DNA of 64,000 bases from Thermoplasmatota archaeon (GTDB lineage Archaea; Thermoplasmatota; E2; JACPAO01; JAHFTW01), in contig JBFIHX010000002.1 of NCBI GenBank assembly GCA_041601615.1, forward strand, positions 192,001 through 256,000, read 5' to 3'. The notes beneath the pieces are model-generated. The model did no database searches, had not been told where the DNA came from, and saw nothing but the letters and a program-made list of their open reading frames with translations. Shown here one piece after another: positions 1 to 9,724 of the stretch (the first letter of the stretch is position 1; each line of letters begins with the position of its first letter). Made by a program: the position numbers and the translations under genes.

Positions 1-134
1 GTGTCCGCTTCTTGGCTGGCTCGGCGGACTTCAGCGGGATCCTTTCCGACGCTGACGACCTCTTGGCCACTTTCTTTCAGGCCCTTCGCGAGGGCCGTTC
101 CGACGTTTCCTGTTCCAATGATTGCAATGGTCAT
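1..134 (-). CDS. NADPH-dependent F420 reductase-like / dinucleotide-binding oxidoreductase, N-terminal part (runs off window)
   Basis: Manual translation MTIAIIGTGNVGTALAKGL contains a Rossmann GxGxxG motif; GGAG-like RBS upstream. Confidence 0.7.
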   Translation of the reverse strand, partial: MTIAIIGTGNVGTALAKGLKESGQEVVSVGKDPAEVRRASQEAD

Positions 135-167
135 GTTGAATTCTCCTTGGGTTTGAGGTGAAGGGGG

Positions 168-563
168 TTAGATGAGGCTCCAGGCCCAGGGCGTCGCGAC
201 GCCGTACAGTGCGAGAACGGCGCCCAAGAGACCGAGGTTCTTGGTGAAGTTCACTTGCTCACCCATGCGTTGCATGGGGTCTTCGACCTTCCAGAAGTCA
301 TGCATCTTCGGGGTAACGCCCACGAAGAAGAGGGCGGCTAGGGCGAGTCCGACTTGTGGGAAGACACCGAGCAGAATGCTTGCGCCGGCGGCCAGTAGCA
401 GGGCGCCGCTTGCGAGCACGGCGAACATAGCGGCAGGAACGCCTTTGCTTTGGGCGTACCCAGCCATCATTTTGCGGCCGGCGAAGTGTCCGATGCCGGA
501 GTAGAGCAGGTAGGCGCCGAGGAGGGCGCGGCCGATCACGAATGCGATGGTGGTTGGTTCCAT
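168..563 (-). CDS. DoxX family membrane protein
   Basis: GR..LG..L.SGIGHF, GVP and MHDFW..NFTKNLGL motifs; 4 hydrophobic segments; ATG at 563 preferred. Confidence 0.85.
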   Translation of the reverse strand: MEPTTIAFVIGRALLGAYLLYSGIGHFAGRKMMAGYAQSKGVPAAMFAVLASGALLLAAGASILLGVFPQVGLALAALFFVGVTPKMHDFWKVEDPMQRMGEQVNFTKNLGLLGAVLALYGVATPWAWSLI

Positions 564-700
564 GTGTGTTGTCTCCACGGGCATTGCCCGCAGACTATAC
601 TACGCATCGAGGAGTATTATACTATCAAGTTCGAAGCTTAGGAGTTGCTCCTAACTCCGGGAGCAATAGCATTAAGGCTCCCGGATTGCAAGTATAGTTC

Positions 701-1033
701 ATGGCAGATGGGGAAACCTGCACCCTCAGCGACCTCTTTCGACTCCTGGGCGAGCGGCACGTCCCCGATGTCATTCACCGCGTCCTCCAAGAGGAGTCCG
801 TGCGATTCAACGCGATTCAAGAGGATCTCAGCATGAGTCCCAACACCCTCAGTGACCGCCTCAAGAAACTCCAGGCGGCCGGCCTGGTCACGCGCCACGC
901 CTACCAGGAAATTCCGCCCCGCGTCGAATACCGCGCCACAGCCAAAGCCCGCGAACTGGCCACGGTGTTCGACATCCTCGGGCACTGGGCTGGGAAGCAC
1001 ACGCTGACGCCCGAACCCGTGGTTCCGACCTAG
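701..1033 (+). CDS. HxlR-family winged-HTH regulator
   Basis: RFNAIQ..L.DRLK.L...GLV.R...EIPPRVEY signature; divergent from DoxX. Confidence 0.85.
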   Translation: MADGETCTLSDLFRLLGERHVPDVIHRVLQEESVRFNAIQEDLSMSPNTLSDRLKKLQAAGLVTRHAYQEIPPRVEYRATAKARELATVFDILGHWAGKHTLTPEPVVPT

Positions 1034-1242
1034 GCCCGCACGGCGATTTGCAAAGCCGCGTTTATCATGCGGTTTTCCCCTGTTGGCGACCCAGAAGATT
1101 TCCGCCAATGCCGTAGAAATTTTCAGCGTACCTTGGCGCCCGTCGGGCAGCCGCTGGCTCAAACATGACTCAAACACGGGGGCAGTGGGCTTGGTTGGGT
1201 GGGGGTTGCGAGTCTTAGGTGAAATGCCGTACGCCCGCTGCG

Positions 1243-1812
1243 TCAGGATAGGACTTCGAAGAGGAGCATGGCCGATCCGATGAGCAGGAAGACTGCAGCA
1301 CCTACAAGTTGCACAATTTCCGGACGGACGTTTCGCCCAATCCAGGACCCGATGAGAATTGCAAGAGCTGCGGACGCCCACAATGCTATTGTCCCGCCGA
1401 GGGCGGTCGCCCAGAATGCGCCGGATTCGGCGGCAAGTGCGGCCACGGCCAACTGTGTCTTGTCCCCGAGTTCTGCGACGAAAATCAGGGAAAACGCGGG
1501 CAGGACTCCGGCCGCCGCAACGCCCATGGAGCCCCCCTCTTCTCGATTGCGCAGTGATTTGATGCCGAACAAGATGAAGAGCCCCGCAGCCAGCAAAACG
1601 ACGACCCTTCGAGGAACGAGTCCCTGGATGAATTCCCCCGCGACAGCCGCCCCGAACGTGAGCAGAAGAAATGCAGCGGCAGCTCCGATCCAGACGCGCA
1701 CGCTGCTGCCGCGACCGGAGGACATGGCCAACAACGCCAGTTGGGTCTTGTCCGCGAATTCCGCGAGGAAAACGACGCCAAAGGCGAGGGCAAAATCCAA
1801 CGGAAATCCCAC
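1243..1812 (-). CDS. TMEM165/GDT1 (UPF0016) Ca2+/Mn2+ transporter
   Basis: Two E-x-(G/A)-D-K-T-Q motifs (EFADKTQ, ELGDKTQ). Confidence 0.9.
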   Translation of the reverse strand: MGFPLDFALAFGVVFLAEFADKTQLALLAMSSGRGSSVRVWIGAAAAFLLLTFGAAVAGEFIQGLVPRRVVVLLAAGLFILFGIKSLRNREEGGSMGVAAAGVLPAFSLIFVAELGDKTQLAVAALAAESGAFWATALGGTIALWASAALAILIGSWIGRNVRPEIVQLVGAAVFLLIGSAMLLFEVLS

Positions 1813-1835
1813 GGGGGCGGGACACCTTGGGGGCG

Positions 1836-2492
1836 TTAGAACCGAGCGGTCTCAACAGACGCGGCCGGAGGCCGGACCCGCCACGAGGCGCCATGCAACG
1901 GAGGCATGTGGCCGCGTCGCGTAACTTGTTCTCTCGAATCGCTGCCGCAGCGCGTTTGGATTCCCGCTTGGAGTTTCTTGATGATTTTGCCCATCTCTCC
2001 CGTGGCAAGCCGGCCAGGTCCGAGCGGGCCTGAACGATCCTGGCCGATGGGCGGCAGCGTGTTCAGGGCGTGGAGTAGGTCAACTGAGGCATGTTTGATT
2101 TGCCAACGGATCTCGTCGGCTATCGTCGTTGGATTATCCGGCGCGGCCAGCGCTGCGGCTCGCACTGCGTACGCCGCAGCTCCCAATGCGTGTGCTCCCA
2201 TGTGACAAACGGCTCCCGCTTGACCTGCTGCATGGGCTGCGGCCTTGGCGGCCGGCGTGGTGGCCGCGCGAATAGCCCCACCCCCCTCGAAGCGGGAGCC
2301 AATACCTGTGGAGGCGCTGATTTCATCACTCGCGAATGTGCGGGCGCGAGCAATGTCTTCGTGAGGGCGACGGTCACCTGGGTTGGAGGCTTCGAACAAC
2401 GAGAGCACCCTCTCAGCGCAATCTGCAGCCCAGGCCGCCGCAAGCCGGCGATCATCTTGGCTTAGGGTCTGCTGCGAGGTCCGTCCCGCCAT
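1836..2492 (-). CDS. Imm5-like putative immunity protein
   Basis: WAADCAERVL..FE...P.D.RP and AAGQA..V.HM..HALGAAAYA motifs; start uncertain (2492-2543). Confidence 0.7.
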   Translation of the reverse strand: MAGRTSQQTLSQDDRRLAAAWAADCAERVLSLFEASNPGDRRPHEDIARARTFASDEISASTGIGSRFEGGGAIRAATTPAAKAAAHAAGQAGAVCHMGAHALGAAAYAVRAAALAAPDNPTTIADEIRWQIKHASVDLLHALNTLPPIGQDRSGPLGPGRLATGEMGKIIKKLQAGIQTRCGSDSREQVTRRGHMPPLHGASWRVRPPAASVETARF

Positions 2493-2710
2493 GTTTGGTG
2501 CCGGCATATTCCATGCCGGCTTCATGGCACTTGGGTTTGACACGCGATTCGTGCCTATGCGACGGGCAATGGCACCAAAGCTAGATGCGGGTCGATCTCA
2601 GCGGCCGCCCCGTCCCGCACGAGCGTGTTGTTCGGCGGAGCCTTACGCCCGATCTTCTGTCCCGGCGGCCACGTTCTGCCCCTCCGCATTGATGAAAGCG
2701 CGGCACGAAC

Positions 2711-3280
2711 TCACCGCACGGCGTACCGCAAGAAGACCACGCCCGACGGGAATTGCTTCTGATCAATCAATTCGAGGTTCAGGCGGAGGCCCTCTGGGAA
2801 AAACCGTTTCCCACCACCCACGATAATCGGGCACTGGATGAGATGGATCTCGTCCACGAGGCCTGCGTGAAGTGCTTGACCAGCAAGCTCGGGACCATCC
2901 ACCGAGATGCCGTGCGCGGCCCCCGCCTTGAGTCGCCGAATTGCATCCGGGTCAAATCCTCGCTCGATGCGCGTGTTTTCGCTTCGGGGCTGCTTGAGCG
3001 ACCTTGAGTAGACGACCTTGTGAGCCGCCTTCCACAGACGCGCAAACACCTGGCCCACCGGGGGCAAGTCCGGGTCGTGCTCGGCCGTCTCCCAGAACAC
3101 CATGACGTCGTACATGCGTCAGCCGTGCAGGTACGTTTGGTTGGATGCGTACAAGTCGTTGATGTACGCGAGCAAGTCCTCGTCTTCGGGGAAGCCCCAA
3201 CCAAATCGACCAGCGGAATCCTCTGCGTACCCATCAAGAGAGACAAACATGGCGTAGGTCAGCTTTGCCGTGCAAATCAC
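2711..3280 (-). pseudogene. RibD C-terminal/DHFR-like protein interrupted by an in-frame TGA
   Basis: The frame reads TAKLTYAMFVSLDGY...TYLHG*RMYDVM; TGA at 3119-3121 replaces the Arg of the conserved GRR motif; the expected MAK start reads ACG. Confidence 0.75.
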
Positions 3281-3849
3281 CGGCTTTCGTTTGTCAGCTG
3301 CTTCACGAGATTGCCATAGTGCCTGTCAAGCTCTTCACGACCCGCCCAAAGCCCCGTGCCGGGGGCCTCGACGTGCAGCTGGCCACCCGTGAACGTCCCT
3401 CGGGGCGGGCCATGTTCACTACGATGGGCACCATCCAGCACGGCGCTCAGGACGTCGAGACAGATGTGCCACCCTGCAAGCTCGCCCTCGGCGCCATCCA
3501 GGGAGCGAAGCCAATACGTCATGACGAGTCGCGAACCGTTGCCGTCGGGGTGAATCTCCCAGAGGATGCTTGCCTCTGGCTCATTTGCGCTATCCTCGGC
3601 CTCCCATGTGTGGGCGAAGGCGCGCGGCGGGTCAAACCGGGTCACCCGGCCGGACATCGAAAGTCCAACATGGTCATGATGTTCGACGATGCGCCCCCCC
3701 ACGCGCGGCTCGAGCTCCGTACGCACGAACCACTCCCCAATGTGGGCCGGGTCGGTGATGGCCTTCCAGACCTTTTCGGGAGGGTGCTTGAGCATGCGCT
3801 CATAGGTGGCTTCGTAGCCCTTGCTCGTCTTTCGAATGGATCCGTACAT
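3277..3849 (-). CDS. SRPBCC/AHSA1 family protein
   Basis: ER.L.HPPEKVW.AITDP..I.EWF and GWH..LD motifs. Confidence 0.85.
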   Translation of the reverse strand: MYGSIRKTSKGYEATYERMLKHPPEKVWKAITDPAHIGEWFVRTELEPRVGGRIVEHHDHVGLSMSGRVTRFDPPRAFAHTWEAEDSANEPEASILWEIHPDGNGSRLVMTYWLRSLDGAEGELAGWHICLDVLSAVLDGAHRSEHGPPRGTFTGGQLHVEAPGTGLWAGREELDRHYGNLVKQLTNESR

Positions 3850-3853
3850 GGTC

Positions 3854-4162
3854 TCACATCTTGTCCAAGTGGTATTCCAGCGCGTCGAACTGTTCCTGCC
3901 ACACCGGCATGTGTCGCTCCAGCCAGGCGCGCATGGCCTGGAGTTCCTCGGCCCGCGTCGAATACAGCCGCCTCCGGCCGTCTTTGCGGACCGCGACGAG
4001 GCCGCCCTTACGAAGGATCGCCAACTGCTTGGACACCGCCGGCTGACTCAAGCCCAAGGCATCTGCCAGTTCTCCAACGTTGCGCTCTTGCTTCGCCGTG
4101 AGCTCGACGAGGCGTCGGCGGGTTGGATCGGCGAGAAGCTGGAACGCGTCGACCACACCCAT
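3854..4162 (-). CDS. ArsR/SmtB family regulator
   Basis: F..LADPTRR..., SQPAVSKQL..L...GLV...GR.R.Y. Confidence 0.9.
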   Translation of the reverse strand: MGVVDAFQLLADPTRRRLVELTAKQERNVGELADALGLSQPAVSKQLAILRKGGLVAVRKDGRRRLYSTRAEELQAMRAWLERHMPVWQEQFDALEYHLDKM

Positions 4163-4597
4163 ACATACCTAACCAGACATATTTCTACATTTGCATGTTT
4201 TGGATTGGCGGCGCCTGAGCCTTGCCCCCGAACGGCGGACCAAGCAGCACGACCGCAGCCATCGACAGAAGCGACGTGGTGGGCGGCACGCACTGTGTAT
4301 GAATTGGTACTATTGCCACCAATCATGCGCGTAGAATTATCTCCATTCCTGTACCTGGTGCGCGTTTGTCGACGAATTGCCCAACCAACGAAGCTGCTGC
4401 AGCAGTGAGTCCTTGACCTTCAATACGCAGGTCACCGACGCCGCCATGGTCACTGAGGCGAATGTCCGCCCCGCCAGCGCCGGGGGGCTCGCGTGTTCTT
4501 GGCGGCCGACCAGTAAGTAGCTTCTTCGAACTACGTCACACATTCGCTTGGCCTTACCAACCGATGCCGCTCGACGATTTCGAAGCTCAGCAGCAGG

Positions 4598-4960
4598 CTA
4601 CTTGCCAAACGTATTGATCGCGCGAATCACAGTACCCTTGGAATTGGCAAACTGAATCACGTGGCAGAAGCTCCTCTCTCTGCCAGTGGTTGAGATGGAT
4701 GTTCCTGAGACAGCCCCAGCCTTGCCGTGCGTGACCACGCAGTGAATAGTCAAGGTTGCGGGCTGCGGAGGCTCTGCCAGACTCGCTAGGAATCGCGTCG
4801 CGTCGAGGAGGTCGCCGACCCCATTTGTCCACGTGAAGTCCTTGGAAAGGGCAGGTTTGAGTAAACCTGCCTCCCCCGTTTCAATGGAGATGGCGGTGTC
4901 TTCGGCGAATTGGTTCTTGGGGGAGTTGCCGCAGTCCGCGCTGCGCCGTACGGTTGTCAT
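4598..4960 (-). CDS. SnoaL/NTF2-like protein
   Basis: N-terminal DCGNSPKN motif and THGK.GAVSG; ATG at 4960. Confidence 0.55.
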   Translation of the reverse strand: MTTVRRSADCGNSPKNQFAEDTAISIETGEAGLLKPALSKDFTWTNGVGDLLDATRFLASLAEPPQPATLTIHCVVTHGKAGAVSGTSISTTGRERSFCHVIQFANSKGTVIRAINTFGK

Positions 4961-5118
4961 CGACGATTGCAATTCTCGCCAACACTTCATTGCAGCGAAA
5001 TGCTGATCGACAACGAGCGGCACACGCGGGGCAACCGGATGTCAGCGCTGCAGACGGTGGCTGTTCCACTGATCTGTTGAACAAGCCGCCGACCATGCTG
5101 TCCGTGCAGATCCTGCCA

Positions 5119-5532
5119 TCAATTTGAGCGGTCGAAGTCTTTCTCTTCTAGCAATTTGCCCTGCTTGTCAAACTTCTTCCAAACGCCGACCTTCTTGCCG
5201 TCCTTGAACAGACCTTCGTCGTACAGGATGCCCGTCCCACCGTGGAAGCGGCGCCACATGCCGTGTTGCACACCCTCCTTGAAGTGACCTTCTTGGCGCA
5301 GGGTTCCATTGGCTGCATTCCACGTGAAGTGTCCATGTTCCAGGCCTTCCCGGTACTCCCCTGTGGACCACACCTTGCCATCTTTGTGGTAAGTCACCCA
5401 CGCGCCGTGCTTCTTGCCCGCTTTCCTCGGCCCCGTCTCTTTGACTTGGCCATTGGGGTAATGCGTGGTGTCCATGCCGTCTTGGATTCCTGTGGTCTCG
5501 CCGGTTCCACCGGGCCCTTTCTTCGCACTCAT
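5119..5532 (-). CDS. MORN-variant repeat protein (YwqK-like)
   Basis: Repeated Y.NG....G....GK.HG.W units. Confidence 0.8.
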   Translation of the reverse strand: MSAKKGPGGTGETTGIQDGMDTTHYPNGQVKETGPRKAGKKHGAWVTYHKDGKVWSTGEYREGLEHGHFTWNAANGTLRQEGHFKEGVQHGMWRRFHGGTGILYDEGLFKDGKKVGVWKKFDKQGKLLEEKDFDRSN

Positions 5533-5936
5533 CGTTCATCCCTCGATTGGGCGACTTGGATTAGGTTGCCACATGTGTCGTCGAAGACCGCCAATTTGAC
5601 GGGGCCGGCGTCCATTAGCGGCTGCACAAAAGTGACGCCGCGCTCTGTCAATGCGGCCACTTCGGATTCAATTTCCGTCGATCCCATGGAGGTCCAAGGA
5701 ATCCCGTTTGCGACCAGCGCTGTGCGGTACGCCTTCAGCTCGGCGGCGATTTCTGGGGTGCCGATGGGCTCCAGCAGCAGTTCGACGCCGTCCGGGCTTT
5801 CCGGATCGACAACGGTAAGCCATCGATGGTCTCCCATTGGAATGTCGTGCTTGACTTGGAAGCCTAGCTTTTTGGTGTAGAACTCGAGGGCGGTTGCTTG
5901 GTCATCCACGGGGATGCTGGTGACGACGATTTTCAT
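5529..5936 (-). CDS. VOC/glyoxalase family protein
   Basis: V.DQ..AL.FYT.KLGF and FDDTCGNLIQ. Confidence 0.9.
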   Translation of the reverse strand: MKIVVTSIPVDDQATALEFYTKKLGFQVKHDIPMGDHRWLTVVDPESPDGVELLLEPIGTPEIAAELKAYRTALVANGIPWTSMGSTEIESEVAALTERGVTFVQPLMDAGPVKLAVFDDTCGNLIQVAQSRDER

Positions 5937-6253
5937 TTCATGGTCCTCCTAATCTTGTCGAGCCACTTCTGCACGTCGGCCAGTTGGGTGCTACCAGTGA
6001 AGGCGAGTTGCTTGTACTTGCCTTCTTGTCGCGTGGTCACAAAGCCCGCATCTTCCAAGACTGCTAGGTGCTTGCGGATTGCTTGGCGCGTCATGTCGAT
6101 CCCATGGTTCATGATGAGTCGAGTGCCAAGTTCGTACAGAGTTTGCTCCTTGCGTTGTGCCAGTTCTTCCAGAATGGTCCGGCGCGTCATGTCCGACAGG
6201 GCGCGGAATGGATCACTGGGTTCGTCGGCCAACAAGCAACCATATGGTTGCAT
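5933..6253 (-). CDS. ArsR family regulator
   Basis: F.ALSD.TRR.IL..L and RQAI.KHL.VLE.AG; start uncertain. Confidence 0.85.
   Translation of the reverse strand: MQPYGCLLADEPSDPFRALSDMTRRTILEELAQRKEQTLYELGTRLIMNHGIDMTRQAIRKHLAVLEDAGFVTTRQEGKYKQLAFTGSTQLADVQKWLDKIRRTMK
6236..6251. promoter_or_regulatory. Perfect 16-bp palindrome GCAACCATATGGTTGC, probable ArsR autoregulatory operator
   Basis: Self-complementary; overlaps the 5' end of the ArsR ORF. Confidence 0.6.
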
Positions 6254-6297
6254 GATGATTTGAAGTTAGCGGGAGAAGACCATCGTACGCAAATTGC

Positions 6298-6699
6298 CTA
6301 TGCCTTACCAAGAGGATTCTGCTCGAACCATTCGACGATGCTTGGCATGTTCTCTTCAAACCCGCCTGGGAACGAAAGATTCAGCAAGCCCGCCTTGGCA
6401 TCGGACCTGTTCTCGAAATCGTGCTCCACACCGCCCGGGGCCAAGGCAAACCCACCCTTTGGAACGTCGTGCCATGTCCCGTCCACGAAGATGCTCATCA
6501 CGCCTTCGAAGACGAAGAACACGTCATCGTCGTCGTGTTTGTGGATGCCGGGCCCTTTGGAATGGGGCTCCAACCACCATTCGGAAATGGCGTAGCCACT
6601 CTCTGTCTCGCTGCCGTCCGCAAGGAACCGTGCCGTCATGGGGCCCATGTCGTAGTGGCGCCCCTCCCCGGGCGCCCTGACGAGCGGTTGCTTTGACAT
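6298..6699 (-). CDS. Cupin domain protein
   Basis: PG.H.H...D.F.V.EG and PGG.EH.F.N motifs. Confidence 0.85.
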   Translation of the reverse strand: MSKQPLVRAPGEGRHYDMGPMTARFLADGSETESGYAISEWWLEPHSKGPGIHKHDDDDVFFVFEGVMSIFVDGTWHDVPKGGFALAPGGVEHDFENRSDAKAGLLNLSFPGGFEENMPSIVEWFEQNPLGKA

Positions 6700-6834
6700 A
6701 ACGCAACAATCGCGGAAAGCCGGTTAACTGTTGATGGCGGGCGGCACCCAAGGACATTGATTGGCAGCGGCCCCATCACAGCAGGCGTCCCTTCGGCCTG
6801 GTCGCGAATTAGCTCGTGATGTCCGTATGCATGG

Positions 6835-7335
6835 TCACTCCGTACCTTCGTAGGCGGCACGGATGGCCGCGACGTCCAGTTTCTGCATCTCCAGCAACGC
6901 CGCAAAGGCACGGGCATACGCCACCGAGTCGTCGCCTTTGACCATGTCCACCCAGTCGCGTGGCACCACCTGCCAGCTGACGCCGAAACGGTCCCGCAGC
7001 CATCCGCACTGGCTGTGCACCCCGCCCTCGGCGACGAGCGCCTCCCAATAGTGGTCAATTTCGGCCTGGTCCTTGCACATCACTTGGATGCTGAACGCAT
7101 CCGTCAGGTGCAGGTGCGGCCCGCCATTGAGCGCCGTGAAGGGACGCCCGGACAGTTCGAACTCCACGGTGAGGACACTGCCCGGCGGTTTGTTGCTGGG
7201 GTTCTCCATGCCATCGGGGTAGCGGCTGATGTGCGTGATGCGGCTTGCCGGGAACAAACCAGTGGCGAATTCCGCGAACGCTTCGGCTTGGTCGTCGAAC
7301 CACAGACACGGCACGAGGGGAACGATCTCTGTCAT
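6835..7335 (-). CDS. VOC/PhnB-like protein (3-demethylubiquinone-9 3-methyltransferase family)
   Basis: PCLWFDDQAE, LNGGP and CGWL.DRFGVSWQV. Confidence 0.9.
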   Translation of the reverse strand: MTEIVPLVPCLWFDDQAEAFAEFATGLFPASRITHISRYPDGMENPSNKPPGSVLTVEFELSGRPFTALNGGPHLHLTDAFSIQVMCKDQAEIDHYWEALVAEGGVHSQCGWLRDRFGVSWQVVPRDWVDMVKGDDSVAYARAFAALLEMQKLDVAAIRAAYEGTE

Positions 7336-7336
7336 G

Positions 7337-7756
7337 TTATTCCCCGTGGTGGTTGATCATCCAGGACATGCCGTACTTGTCCACGAAGGAGCCAAAGTAG
7401 TCGCCCCACGGCGCATCCATCAGAGGCATCTCCACTTTGCCGCCGGCCGAGAGCGCGGCGAACAGGTGGTCGGCTTCCTCGCGGCTGTCTGGGTGGACGC
7501 TGACGTGGTTGTGGTTTCCGACGGTGAGCACGTGCCCCATGGACGGCATGATGTCGCTGCCCATGAGCGCGCCGTTGCCGACGGGGAAGTTGACGTGCAT
7601 GATGCGGTCCAAATCGTCGTCGGGCACTTTGGCGTCGGGAGACAGGTCCCGGAAGCGCGTCAGGCGTTGCAATTCGGCGCCGAAGGCCGCAGCGTAGAAC
7701 CGCATGGCCTCCTCGCAGTTGCCGTCAAAGTTCAGGTAAGGGTTCAGTTGTGTCAT
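7337..7756 (-). CDS. VOC/PhnB family protein
   Basis: LNPYLNFDGNCEEAM.FY and DKYG.SWMIN; ATG at 7756. Confidence 0.9.
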   Translation of the reverse strand: MTQLNPYLNFDGNCEEAMRFYAAAFGAELQRLTRFRDLSPDAKVPDDDLDRIMHVNFPVGNGALMGSDIMPSMGHVLTVGNHNHVSVHPDSREEADHLFAALSAGGKVEMPLMDAPWGDYFGSFVDKYGMSWMINHHGE

Positions 7757-7766
7757 GTCGATTCCT

Positions 7767-8231
7767 TCAGAGCGATTCCACGTACGCGGCGAGGCGGCCG
7801 AGGGTTTGGTAGCCACCTTCGATGGCGCCCGTTTCTTGCACGGCGCGGTCGCGGTCGGCGGCGGTGGGGAATTGGTGCTGCAACGTCACGTGGGTGCCTT
7901 CGGGCACTTCATCAAACCGGACGGTCAAGCGAAACCACGCCGGTTCTCCGTCCTCGGCGCCGTGGTCCCACACGATGGAGGAGGGCGGGTCCAATTCGGC
8001 GTAACGGACCCAGTTGGGGTACACGGTGCCGTCGGGCCCGGTCATGGTGAAACGCCAGAATCCACCCACGCGTGGCTCCATGCCAGCGGTCTCGGTGCGG
8101 AAGCCGTCGGGCCCGAACCAGCTGCCGACGTGGGTCGCGTCGAGGAAAGCGTCGTACACGCGTTGGCGGGGGGCGCGCACCACGCGGGTGATGGTGATGC
8201 CGCGCTCGGAGGTCAGCTCCTGCATGCTCAC
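7767..8231 (-). CDS. SRPBCC/AHSA1 family protein
   Basis: R...APR..V..AF.D...W.GP.GF. Confidence 0.85.
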   Translation of the reverse strand: MSMQELTSERGITITRVVRAPRQRVYDAFLDATHVGSWFGPDGFRTETAGMEPRVGGFWRFTMTGPDGTVYPNWVRYAELDPPSSIVWDHGAEDGEPAWFRLTVRFDEVPEGTHVTLQHQFPTAADRDRAVQETGAIEGGYQTLGRLAAYVESL

Positions 8232-8713
8232 GCCTCCGGGCTGCCGTCCGGGATTTCAGGGACGACGAGCTGTTCGAGCATCGTGAGGGATTCCTGCCAG
8301 CCCATGGTGGCGAACTCGACGGGCACCTGCGGCGGAATGTTGCGTTGCGTGATTGTGACGAACGTTCCCGCTATCCCCTCTTCCAGTTCGATGGTGACGC
8401 CCATCTCGCCGGCCATAGCGGGGTCGTCGAACTCGTCCACGTACTGGATGAGGGTGTACGGCACGAGCTTGACATACTTCGAGGTGAAGCTGTGGCTGGC
8501 CCCGGTACCGAAGTTGGTGAAACTCATCTTGCATAGGCCACCTTCCTTGGCGTCCATAGAGTGGACGGTGCCGGTGAAGCCGTGCGGCGGGGCCCATTTC
8601 ACCATGGCGGCAGGGTCCAGGAACGCCTTGTAGACGCGCTCGGCAGGGGCGCGGAAGTGGCGGTGCAGTTGCAGGGTGTTGCCGGACGGGGCGGTTTTCT
8701 TCGGGGGTGTCAC
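8228..8713 (-). CDS. SRPBCC/AHSA1 family protein
   Basis: APAERVY.AFLDP..W.PP.GF and GWQESL. Confidence 0.85.
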   Translation of the reverse strand: MTPPKKTAPSGNTLQLHRHFRAPAERVYKAFLDPAAMVKWAPPHGFTGTVHSMDAKEGGLCKMSFTNFGTGASHSFTSKYVKLVPYTLIQYVDEFDDPAMAGEMGVTIELEEGIAGTFVTITQRNIPPQVPVEFATMGWQESLTMLEQLVVPEIPDGSPEA

Positions 8714-9276
8714 GGGGATGCCTCCTTGGGTTGGTAGGTGAGGGCGACGACGCCGTTGCTCATGGCCTGGCTCGATGTCAACTCCAGGGCTGCCTTGAGG
8801 CCGTCGCCAAAGAGCCGCCGGCCTTCGCCCAAGACGACCGGGTAGACGAGGAGGCGAAGTTCGTCGACCAGTCCTTCGGCCAGCAGGTCGCGGGCCAATG
8901 TGATGCTGCCGTGGACGACCAGGTCCCCGCCCTTCTGTGCTTTGAGCTCCTCGACTTCCTTGCGCAAGTCACCAGCCAGGAACGTGGCGTTCTCCCAGAT
9001 GTCTTTGGTCCGGGTCGCGCTGACCACGTGCTTTCGCACCGGATTGAAGTAGGTCCCGCCCGACTCCTCCGTCGTCTGCTGAGGCCAAGCCTGGGCGAAT
9101 TGTTCGTATGTTACGCGGCCCAAGAGCAATTCTTGGCCGTGGCGGGTCTCTTCGCCCTTGAACGCAGCAATCTCGTCGTTCCAATAGGGTGCGGTCCACG
9201 CGGGGTTCTCCACGACGCCGTCAAGGGTCGAGAAGAAGGTCGCGACGACGCGTCGGGGTTTCTTGATCTGGGTCAT
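8710..9276 (-). CDS. RibD C-terminal/DHFR-like protein
   Basis: STLDGV, LLGR.TY, GS..L and LVDEL.L..YPV.LG.G; ATGA overlap with ArsR. Confidence 0.85.
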   Translation of the reverse strand: MTQIKKPRRVVATFFSTLDGVVENPAWTAPYWNDEIAAFKGEETRHGQELLLGRVTYEQFAQAWPQQTTEESGGTYFNPVRKHVVSATRTKDIWENATFLAGDLRKEVEELKAQKGGDLVVHGSITLARDLLAEGLVDELRLLVYPVVLGEGRRLFGDGLKAALELTSSQAMSNGVVALTYQPKEASP

Positions 9277-9641
9277 GGGTTCACTTCCGGAGGATGGATT
9301 TCGGCCGCCTCCACTTTTTGCTGGATGTGGTCCAGGACGTCTTCCCACATGACGCGGTAACGCAGGATCCACGAGAACGCGGCCGAGAGGGGTGCCGCTT
9401 CCAGGTTGCAGATGCGGAGCCGGCCGTCCTTCGTCTGCGCCAGGAGGCCCGCGTCCTCCAGGACCCGGAGGTGCTGGCTGATGGCGGGAAGGCTGACGTC
9501 GTGGGGGGCGGCCAGGTCCGATACCGTGCATTCGCCGTGGGCCAGTTGCTCGATGATTGCGCGGCGGATGGGGTGGGCCAAAGCTGCGAAGATGGCATCG
9601 AGGTCAAGAGCTGGCTTTTGGTTAAGCACTAGCTTATGCAT
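9273..9641 (-). CDS. ArsR family regulator
   Basis: F.ALAHP.RR.I and SLPAISQHLRVLE.AGL. Confidence 0.9.
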   Translation of the reverse strand: MHKLVLNQKPALDLDAIFAALAHPIRRAIIEQLAHGECTVSDLAAPHDVSLPAISQHLRVLEDAGLLAQTKDGRLRICNLEAAPLSAAFSWILRYRVMWEDVLDHIQQKVEAAEIHPPEVNP

Positions 9642-9724
9642 TGGCTGCACCATTAGTTAATGGTTTGCTTAACTTTGCCCGCCGAGGTCGGCAAATCAAA
9701 GATACTCGCCGGCCATCGGACTCC

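Noticed and set aside
2580-2640. Weak attC-like sequence on the minus strand (GCCGAACAACACGCTC...GCCGCTGAG)
   Set aside because: No GTT R' box and poor L-box complementarity
3119-3121. Selenocysteine or recoded TGA
   Set aside because: The position aligns to Arg, not Cys; TGA terminates many other genes in this window
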